46,210 nucleotides of DNA, from the NCBI RefSeq assembly GCF_001194135.2, contig NC_068994.1, forward strand, positions 58,176,464 through 58,222,673, given 5' to 3'. Positions 37,016 through 46,210 of the stretch are shown in pieces. Source of the DNA: Octopus bimaculoides. Its lineage: Eukaryota. The translations under genes and the position numbers were made by a program. How positions within the stretch are numbered: position 1 is the stretch's first letter; every line of letters begins with the position of its first letter. The notes beneath the pieces are model-generated. The model searched no databases, was not told the origin of the DNA, and saw only the letters and a list, made by a program, of their open reading frames with translations.

Positions 37016-37079
37016 GTGACTTCGAAGTTTCGGCCAACTAGCCTTCATTCGAACGTGCAGGCCGAAATTTCGAAGTCAC
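37016..37079. repeat. 20-bp inverted repeat (1 mismatch, 24-nt spacer) of family H2
   Basis: GTGACTTCGAAGTTTCGGCC / GGCCGAAATTTCGAAGTCAC. Confidence 0.85.
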
Positions 37080-37335
37080 TCTCAAACACTCTTCTAGTAA
37101 ATGTATAATTAATATATATTCGATAATAGATATTGAGTAATATTATAACTCGATATAAAATCAAACATTAATATATGCGTGTGCGCGCGCATGTGTACAG
37201 TATTCCTCAAATCGTCGTTAATCCAAACAGAAACTTTGGTTCAGAACCGTTGAATATTTGAATCAATTCAAGAGTTTTGGTTCCTGGACTGAACTGACTT
37301 TTCGCTGCGTCTATGATCAACGTGTGTGAGTGTGA

Positions 37336-37406
<71 letters not shown>

Positions 37407-37844
37407 TGTGTGTGTGTGTGTTTATGTGTGTACTTATATGAATGTGTATTCATACGTACGAGTGTGTATGTATTGTGTGTGTGTGGCTGTGCGTGTAAGT
37501 GTGTTTATACATGTGAGTGGGTGTCCGTGTGCGAATGTGTTTGTATGCAGGCAGTTAAAGTTAGTATTTTTATAGAATTGGGTTTCAACAACAGAGAATT
37601 AGTGTGGGTTGTTTGGATGTTTGCTATTAGGGGAATACTCTGTGCGAAAAGAAACGAATGATATTCTTTGTGTATGTGCGTGAGTGTGTGCGTCAGTGTG
37701 TCTATGTTTACACGCATACACACAGATATATATATATATATATATAAATACACACACACATGCATTGATGATCAAAAACAAAACCGTTAACAGAGGACAA
37801 AAAACTTATACCACACTCACTTCCGTACATGACTCTGATGATTT

Positions 37845-37907
<63 letters not shown>

Positions 37908-38720
37908 ACACACACATGTATATATATATGTGTGTGTGTAATTTGTAAGGGGAAAAAGTCGGATAGATGCACGAACAGGCTGAGAGACAGATTGATAAAG
38001 AGATAAGTAGACTGATAAGCACAAAGATGGATAAACAGAAAGATATATAGCATATTTATATATAACAGAAAGATATATAGCATAGTATAGGACAGACAGA
38101 CAGACAGACAGATAGATAGATAAATCGATAGATAGATAGATAGATAGATAGAGATAGACAGTTGACCAAACTTCGAAATTTGTCTTACTGCTACAACTAC
38201 ACAGTTCGCCTAATTACGGCACACTCCCACATACTTGGGAGAGTAGGACTGCTACCCGTGGGTACCTGTAGCAGGGGCCAGACTCTTGCAAATAACCAGA
38301 CCAGTTCCATGGTCTGTGAATGACATTCTCTTTTTTTTTTCCCTCGGAGACCCTAAAAGGGTCATATCGGTGCCTTTCCTCAAAGCAAGCCCCCCTCCCT
38401 CGTCACCATCTCCTCCATCTTCATACACAAAATACATTAACATAAACACACAAACTAATATATGCAGACAGTGAAACACACACACACACATGAGCAGTGA
38501 GACAATAAGAAACACTTTTATACACAACACAAGATTTCAATAAATTACAACATTGAAAAACACACACACACACGCTACAATAGACACACATACATAAAGC
38601 AGTATAGATACACACATACACAGAGTTACACAACAACACCATAACAACAAGAACACCACCACCAACAACAACAGCAAGAAGCCAGTTTAGAAAACTTGAG
38701 AAGTTCAACAAAAACTCAAA

Positions 38721-38728
38721 ACTTACCG
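38721..38728 (-). other. Candidate splice donor CG|GTAAGT of an upstream exon
   Basis: Consensus donor on the JAKMIP strand in unique (non-TE) sequence. Confidence 0.33.
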
Positions 38729-39119
38729 TTTTCTACGATCCACCTCCTTGTGTATATATATATGTATACGTGTGTGTATATACATGTGTTTGTGTGTATA
38801 TTGGTATATATTTGTCATAGAATCCACGTGTGTGTGTCTTTATAAAATCCGTAAATGTTTCGTAGAATACGAGATAAAGTTAGATATTTATTATTTATAA
38901 GAATAAAGCGTGTGTACTCCGTGAATGGAGTACAATGAAAAGGCGGTCAACGTGTGAAGGAATCCGTGTGTGTGCATGTGGTGTGTATGCTGTGTGTGTG
39001 TGTGTGTTGTGAGTCAAAGACTTAAAGCAGGTCTCAAGTGTGGAATGGTAGGAGACTAGAGGCAGAAATACTGATAGCTCCAACTCCATCAGCCATCAGT
39101 ATTGCTATGGCAGCTTCTC

Positions 39120-39700
39120 GTGCTGCTGACGGCAGCAGTGGTAGTGGTGGTGATCGTGGCGGTAAACGTTGTATGATAAAATAGTGGTGGTGGTGGTGGT
39201 GGTGGTGGTAGTTGTGGTAATGACTGCTATATGAGTATGTTACAATAGTGGTGGCGGCGGAGGTGGTGATGACGGTGGTAGTGGTGAGGTCGTAGTAAAT
39301 GGTGGTGGTGGTGGTGGTGGTGAATGTTATACGATAAAGTAGTGGCGGTGGTGGTGGTGATAATGAGTTATATGTGTGCTAGACTAGTGGTGGGGGCGGT
39401 GTTGGTGGAAATGGTGGTGACGAAGGTGGTGGTGACAGTGAGAGCTGTGATATCGGTGACGGCGGTGATGGTTTGCGATAATGGGAAGGGGTTGAGGTGG
39501 TAATGACTGTGATAACGGATGTAGTGGTGATGGTGGTGGTGTTGTTCTCAATGTTTGGGACGGTTGATGGAAGGCACGTGAGATGGGAGGGGATGGATGC
39601 TGCCACTGCTGGTAATAATTCCATGTCTGTCTACTGGTGATGATGAAGATGGAGACGGCTGTGTCAACAAATGATGACAGTAGCGGAGCTGGTGGGGGAT
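39120..39700. repeat. Cryptic (GGT/GAT)n low-complexity region
   Basis: Dense imperfect GGT trinucleotide repeats; a similar tract lies at ~17830-18015. Confidence 0.8.
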
Positions 39701-39964
39701 GGAGTTATTGGCGATGAACGAAAAAAAGCATTCCAGCCATGTCACTCCCAACCTATATTTCGAACAAAACATTCAAGATGACAATATCCAAAATATTCAC
39801 TCTTTTTCCACCATGGTAAGGATTCGAGAGGAAATTTAACTGCTATTTCTAACAGATCCCGCAACCACAGGGGCTTCCACGTGTTCTCATCGTTGTGTTA
39901 TTATTGATGTCAGTCAGTGGTGGGGATGGTGATGCTGGTGGTAGCGTTTGTTGTTGTTAGTGGT

Positions 39965-40140
39965 AGGCTGTGTGGTAAGATGTTTGCTTCCCGACCACGC
40001 AGTTCCGAGTTCAGTCTCACTGCGTGGCACCTTGGGGCAAGTGTCATCTACAATGGGCTCAGGTCAGCCAAACCTTGTGAGTGGATTTGGTGGACGGAAA
40101 CTGAAAGAAGCCCGTCGTATTTGTGTGTGCCTGTTTGTCT
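39965..40140 (+). mobile_element. SINE family C, 5' half
   Basis: GTGTGGTAAGATGTTTGCTTCC..GAGTTCAGTCTCACTGCGTGGCACCTTGGGGCAAGTGTC..GGAAACTGAAAGAAGCCCGTCG. Confidence 0.88.
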
Positions 40141-40231
40141 NNNNNNNNNNGTGGATATTGTTGTTGTTGTTGGTTGTGGTGGTGGTGGCGGCGGTGGTGG
40201 TGGCTGTATTGGTAATATTAAATTCAAAGTT

Positions 40232-40390
40232 TGGCACAAGGCCAGCAATTTCGGGGGTGGGGTGGGGGGCGTCTAATCGATTACATTCGATCCCAGTGTT
40301 CAACTGGTGCTGAGTTTATTGACCCCAAAAGGATGAAAGGCAATGTCGACCTCAGTGGAATTTGAACTCAGAACGTAAAGCTAGACGAAG
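40232..40390 (-). mobile_element. SINE family A
   Basis: GACCCCAAAAGGATGAAAGGCAATGTCGACCTCAGTGGAATTTGAACTCAGAACGTAAAG. Confidence 0.85.
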
Positions 40391-40417
40391 TTGTATTGGT
40401 AATATTGTTATTGTGAA

Positions 40418-40600
40418 GGCGGCGAGGTGCTGGCAGAATGGTTAGCAGTATTTCGTCTGTCTTTACGTTCTGAGTTCAAATTCCGCCGAGGTCGATTTTA
40501 CCTTTCATCCTTTTCAGGATCGATAAATTAAGTACCAGTTGCGAACTGGGGTCGATCTAATCGACTGGCCTTCTCCCCCAAAATTTCGGGACATGTGCCT
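40418..40600 (+). mobile_element. SINE family A
   Basis: GGCGGCGAG..CTGGCAGAATGGTTAGCA..GAGTTCAAATTCCGCCGAGGTCGA..GATAAATTAAGTACCAG. Confidence 0.88.
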
Positions 40601-40709
40601 TGAATAGATTAGAATATTGTTACTGTGGTTGATGGTTTTGATTGTGATGATGATGGTGGTGGCCATGGTGGTGATGGTGGTGGTGTGAATGGAGCTGGTC
40701 TGAATGTAC

Positions 40710-40752
40710 TGCATTGGGCCCTTCTCGTAAATGCATTGGGCCCTTCTCGTAG
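40710..40752. repeat. 22-bp tandem repeat running into a 608-nt N-gap
   Basis: TGCATTGGGCCCTTCTCGTAAA occurs twice immediately before the Ns. Confidence 0.75.
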
Positions 40753-41496
40753 NNNNNNNNNNNNNNNNNNNNNNNNNNNNNNNNNNNNNNNNNNNNNNNN
40801 NNNNNNNNNNNNNNNNNNNNNNNNNNNNNNNNNNNNNNNNNNNNNNNNNNNNNNNNNNNNNNNNNNNNNNNNNNNNNNNNNNNNNNNNNNNNNNNNNNNN
40901 NNNNNNNNNNNNNNNNNNNNNNNNNNNNNNNNNNNNNNNNNNNNNNNNNNNNNNNNNNNNNNNNNNNNNNNNNNNNNNNNNNNNNNNNNNNNNNNNNNNN
41001 NNNNNNNNNNNNNNNNNNNNNNNNNNNNNNNNNNNNNNNNNNNNNNNNNNNNNNNNNNNNNNNNNNNNNNNNNNNNNNNNNNNNNNNNNNNNNNNNNNNN
41101 NNNNNNNNNNNNNNNNNNNNNNNNNNNNNNNNNNNNNNNNNNNNNNNNNNNNNNNNNNNNNNNNNNNNNNNNNNNNNNNNNNNNNNNNNNNNNNNNNNNN
41201 NNNNNNNNNNNNNNNNNNNNNNNNNNNNNNNNNNNNNNNNNNNNNNNNNNNNNNNNNNNNNNNNNNNNNNNNNNNNNNNNNNNNNNNNNNNNNNNNNNNN
41301 NNNNNNNNNNNNNNNNNNNNNNNNNNNNNNNNNNNNNNNNNNNNNNNNNNNNNNNNNNNNAATAAAATAATAAAAGAATTTATACGCACACGCCCGACAT
41401 ATGTCTTAAACGCGTAGCCGTCACTGGCAAGCGAGACTGTTACGTTTTCGCGGAGACCATCTCACGGCTTCTCATTCACTGACGTAGCTTCTCAAC

Positions 41497-41538
<42 letters not shown>

Positions 41539-41551
41539 TAATAATAATAAT

Positions 41552-41745
41552 CCTTTCTCCTAAAAGCACAAGGCCTGAATTTTTGTGGTGAGGAGGCTAG
41601 ACGACCCAGCGCTTACCTGGTACTTATTTTATCGACCCCGAAATGGTGAAAGGCAAAGTCGACCTCGGCAGAAGTTAAATTCAGAACGTGAAGACGGACG
41701 AAATGCCGGTAAGCAATTTGTCCGACGCGGTGACGATTCTGCCAG
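41552..41745 (-). mobile_element. SINE family A adjacent to an (AAT)n tail
   Basis: CTGGTACTTATTTTATCGACCCCGAAA..GAAAGGCAAAGTCGACCTCGGC..TTCTGCCAGCTCACCGCC. Confidence 0.88.
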
Positions 41746-43084
41746 CTCACCGCCCCAGGGTTGTTTTCCTTCTGAAAGTTCTTTTTACAATTATTCATAC
41801 TTGAAATTTTAAGAGAACTCAGAGAGTATTTGTTTCGAGTGTTTCTAACCTAGATCCAAGGCATGTATGTATGTATGTATGTATGCATGCATTTATGAAT
41901 GAAAGTCACCCAAGGAACTCATCAAATATCATATTATCTTGCCTACCAGTGGTAAGCGCTATCTCACAGTTGTGGCCTCATTAACCTAGTCATCAATGCC
42001 AGGCCAGACAACTTTTATTCATAATTCACCAACTGAAAAGTTTCCGGAAGAAAGTGTTAAGTATTGACACTCAGTGCATCTCTAATCCGGAAATCTTCAC
42101 TTATGCTCTCCACTCACACTTTATAAAACGAAGGAAATGCCATTTCATCGTCTGTTTTGCCCAGCTGGTAAAATATGGAGATCAAACATTCCAGACACCG
42201 CATCCAAGATGGCATGCCTATACATGTGAGCATCTTCCAACCGACTTTGTTTCCGTGTTACTTTGAGAAAAATGGATATTTTTCAATGAAGTTTCCAAAC
42301 AAATACGATCCAGATGGTGTAAATTCCGATTATATTGGAATTTAATATTAAAAAAAAATGTATAATAATTTCGATGTGAGGGAGGAGAATTTTGGATAAT
42401 TCACTCGAGTTTATTTCTTCACAAGTTTTTAAAAAATGGCTATTTTTTTTATGGAATTTTCTACAAATACCTTTCATATGATGTTGATCATTATTATATC
42501 GGAATTTAGTGGAAAAATAAGAAAAATAAAAGAATGACGGGTTCGCACACATACATACTGACACACACCATATATAATATCTACAAAATGAAACTCGTTC
42601 GAATCCTAATTGTTGGTTCATTCTTTACTTATTTTGCCTTTCTCTGGGACTAATGTTAAAAAAAAAAACGGGCAATGTTTACTATTTACACACACACGCA
42701 CTCGCATACAGAAACGATTTGTTGTCGGGTTCGAGACAATATTCTATCCAAAGATGACAATTATCTTTTACGCAATCAAATTTAAACCATATTACACGGG
42801 GATCGAATCAATTAACTCATTTTTAGCTTCAGCAAAGAAAAAAAAAAATCATAAAATAAAATACGGTTTGATGTTCAATTACAAGAGACATTGAATAAAA
42901 AAAAGAGAAATTATTGATGTAAGGGACATAACTCCGAACTGCATCGCTGGTTAATTCAAATCAGCAGAAAATTGACTTTCTACCAAAAAAGCAACTCCGG
43001 AGAAAATATTTGGCCGTCATCTCACGGCTTTTGTAACGAAAGGAACAACAAAAAGACAAACAATATAATCTTTTACAGTGTTAG

Positions 43085-43410
43085 GACTGAGGCCATGCTG
43101 GGGCATCGCTTTGAAGAACTTTTAGTCGATCGAATCGATTCCAGTACTTATTTCTAAGCTTAGTATCATATTCTTTTGCCGAGCCACTAAGTTGCGGGGA
43201 CATAAACACACTAACACCGACTGTCAAGCGGTGCCCCCCCCCCGCCACATATTTATACGATAAATTTCTCTTAGTTTCCATCCACAAGGAACACTGACAA
43301 GGCTTTGGTTAGCCAGAGGCTGTAGTAGATGACCCTCGTGCATGATTCTACACAAAGGGTCTGTTCCTATGTTCATATGGTTGAGAAGCAAACTTCTTAA
43401 CCATACAATC
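43085..43410 (-). mobile_element. SINE family C
   Basis: GGCCATGCTGGGGCATCGCTTTGAAG..GCCGAGCCACTAAGTTGCGGGGACATAAAC..CAAGGCTTTGGTT..GTTGAGAAGCAAACTTCTTAACCA. Confidence 0.85.
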
Positions 43411-44689
43411 ACGCCCACGCCTCTAACGTCTTCTTGTTCGACGCACTTAACATATTTTATACGTTTTTACTGTTGTGTTGTGGCTCGTATGCCTGTGTGT
43501 TTCTTTAAATAACGTTCTTTTATTCTTTTATTTTATATGTTTCAGCCCTGAGGCTGTGGCCATGCTGGGGCATGTATAAATATTTTACATTTTATTGAAT
43601 ATTCCTGCAGTATTTGTTCCAGCCCTTTATGTTCCAAGTTCAAATCCTGCAGAGGTCAATGGTTTCTTCCTTTGGAGGTTGATTAATAAACTGCCAAGTG
43701 ATGGAATCGACTACCCCCCCCCCCACACCAAAAAATTGCTGGCATTGTGCCAAAATTAGAAACAGTTAAAAAAATTTTAAAGTAAAAGATTTTGTCTTCC
43801 TCACCCTTTCACAATTATAACAGGTTCTCCGTTGTGGGAACAGCTGTTGAAGAAAGGTTTGTGGGGCCAACAGCAAGCATCCAGTAGTAGAGACCTGGCT
43901 TAGGAGTTCTTGGGTTTTTGAGGGGCTTGGAACCATTTCTTAGACACTATTGTTTCCAGAGCTTCTCTGACCCGGAGCAGCAACACTGGTCAGTGTCTCA
44001 GCTATGGCTTAATTATCATGTACAGAGGTCAGCTGTGAATATTGGAATCAACAACTCTGGACCGAATCACAGGTGGTCCCTTGGCATGGCCTAAGGTCCC
44101 ATTAACCACTCGAGCCAGGGTTACGTTGAAATGATGGGATGCAGTATGGTGGATGTGAACAATACCGGTAGAGGAACTTATTGAGTCAATGGCGAATATC
44201 ATTAGATGCAGGGGAGATGAAAAGACAACAAACTGTTAATGGCCAAGATCAACTAGTTCAGTTAGTGAATTACTATCGACTGTCAATTGTGGCGTACACA
44301 GACGAGATTTTTCAGTTCGCGAAAGACCGATATGACTTACTGCTACGAGAAAATCGCCCAACAGGATGTTGATGTTGATGTTAATGTTGTTGCTGATGAT
44401 GAAGATGATGATGTAGTGAAGGTCTTTGTAAATAGGTACCGCAGTCTCGAATGACACAAGGATGCTGGATAAGAGATAACGTTTTTATTTCAAAATGAAA
44501 TCTGGTTCATTTAGTAAGGGAGGTAACTATCTTTATAATAGACGTACAAAATTAGCTAAGGGAAATAACTCTCATATTTATCAAACCTGATGATGCGGTT
44601 GTTTTATTTTGTGAGGACATGAAACTTGATGGTAGATTAACTTAAGGATAGCAGTAATCTCGCAGACTACAGCAGACACAACTTGCGAA

Positions 44690-44810
44690 GTAAACACAGC
44701 GACGTCACTCGGCACACTGCCTCAGGAAGATCACTGCTAGCTCTCACTGCGCACGCAACCATGTGCTGTCATCTCTTGGCGCGCTACAGAACTAGTCCGG
44801 GACCTTTTAG
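44690..44810. promoter_or_regulatory. CpG-enriched promoter-like patch
   Basis: CRE-like GACGTCA (44701-44707), NRF1-like TGCGCACGCA (44748-44757) and GGCGCGC (44778-44784) in otherwise CpG-poor DNA. Confidence 0.35.
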
Positions 44811-45399
44811 ATACCACCTCGTATGACTGAACATATATATATACTCTACTGGAGAATTGGTTTCTCCAACACTAATAATTTCCTACAAATTATCTCTTCA
44901 CATAACAATTAAATTCTTAACAGTAAAAGGGTTTCGCTCAATAACTATAATAACAATAATATTAATAATGATAACCACTCCTTAAATAATGATATCTCTC
45001 TCTCCTATCTTTCTTTCTCTCTCATACTCTCTTTTCTTCCCCCCTCCTCTCTCTCTGGCAATTTTTTAATGGGAGTGAGATAACCAAAAATTACCTTTTT
45101 TTTATGTATTAGAGATTACATTGTCCGATGTGTTCTTTCTATTTTATTGCTGTTGGGTGTAATTTGCGTGAGATTTGGCAACGCTTTTCTAGCAGGTCGA
45201 CCGAACATATAGATGTTTCCTCTTTGAGTCCCTCTTGTATATCGTTGTATCTGTTTGACTAAATGCTGTACATATGATGGCTTCTCTCAATATGATTGTT
45301 GGTAGTTTTGCTTTCTTTACTGTGTCTTCTTTGCTGTTCTCGTTTTTTTTTTTCGCTGTGTCCTCTATGCATGTTTCGAACGTTATACACTTGTGCTAT

Positions 45400-45640
45400 T
45401 CTCCTCTGGGTATGTCTATCTGATGCGTTCGTTGCGTTTGAGGATCGACCGTAATTGACTGTCTCTGGTGTTGGTTAATAACAGCAGTGGTGGATGTCTT
45501 GTGAAAATATTTACATGTCGAGAGAGAAGAAGCTGAAAAGATGTGCCACATCTTTGGGAAACAGCAGATTCTGATGATGGATCTAATGATGATATCAGTT
45601 GTAGGGAGGATGAATGGTCATGTTGTTGGGCGAAGTAGAA
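45400..45640 (-). mobile_element. Possible second decayed PLE fragment (RT-endonuclease linker)
   Basis: Translates as SFQLLLSRHVNIFTRHPPLLLLTNTRDSQLRSIL, resembling the PLE linker F.LL....IF..PPL..FRRD..LR.IL. Confidence 0.38.
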
Positions 45641-46210
45641 GCGATGTTGGTGTTGCTGGTTTAGTTCGATTAAGTAGACCTTATATATTTTATAAAGTTA
45701 AGTTGCGATGTCGATGATATGTAGCTTCTATTTCTAGCTGGTCAAATGGCATTCAACAATTTCGGTAACAAGTTCTACTGCAGCCTTTGTTCGTTTATTT
45801 AGGAATAATAAAAAGGTGGCCGCCATGAAAAGCAGTGGAAAGCAGAGGCCAACATAGTAAGATGGATGCGACAATCAGTCGATCGAAAAGTAAATTTAAA
45901 TAACAAAAAACGAAGACGATTTCATTTGGTCGCATATAATATATATATATATACATATATATATAAATATATGCATGCAAACTTTATTTTGGTATTATAC
46001 ATAATTAAATTAGATTCAAAAGTTCAAACTCAAACGTGAATCACATACACACATACGTACCGTTAAAATCCCAATTCTAAGAAATTTTTTTTGAAATTAT
46101 ATATTTTCGATTATATTTTTATTTCATATTTATTTATATTATTTTGTTTTCCATTGTTTTTCATAATACATACACCACGCTACAGTATTTCCTTCATATA
46201 TATATATATA

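Larger units (their letters stand above)
6061..41360. other. Seven assembly gaps within this span: 6061-6163, 8239-8359, 10817-10927, 12731-13035, 32327-32726, 40141-40150, 40753-41360
   Basis: Runs of N, mostly flanked by microsatellites or TEs. Confidence 0.99.

Noticed and set aside
42205-42213. CAAGATGGC as a YY1 promoter motif
   Set aside because: It lacks the following G of the consensus and has no supporting motif cluster; too weak alone.
44581-44640. CCTGATGATG..CATGAAACTTGATGGTA as a hammerhead
   Set aside because: No proper helix II closing pair and a mismatched helix I.
47-45980. The many 60-290 aa ORFs in the supplied track other than 2493-3161 and 12661-13167
   Set aside because: They are translations of microsatellites (CVCV, HTHT, YIYI, ERER, poly-H/M/D), N-gaps or SINEs, often from GTG/TTG starts that do not apply to a eukaryote.

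Overview
This is animal (metazoan) genomic DNA from a gappy assembly with 7 N-runs. It is most likely Octopus, inferred from the extreme microsatellite density and the SINE/LINE families present; this was not confirmed by a search. The only well-supported host coding sequence is one minus-strand exon (2514-3161) of a JAKMIP-family coiled-coil gene. It ends at a phase-0 GTAAGT donor, and the rest of that gene lies left of the window. The remaining ~43 kb appears to be upstream or intronic sequence filled with microsatellites, two abundant tRNA-headed SINE families, RTE, CR1, Jockey-like and Penelope-like (PLE) remnants, and mariner and hAT-type MITEs. Almost all ORFs in the supplied track are artefacts of microsatellites or gaps. 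The most interesting signal is a three-copy element with a tRNA-derived Pol III head joined to a PLE-type body carrying a minimal type I hammerhead ribozyme motif. One copy is intact (35616-35661) and two copies form a ~500-bp head-to-head palindrome. A second, decayed hammerhead-like family and decayed PLE coding remnants are also present. No rRNA, genuine tRNA gene or CRISPR array was seen. TE coordinates are approximate to within about 10-20 nt.
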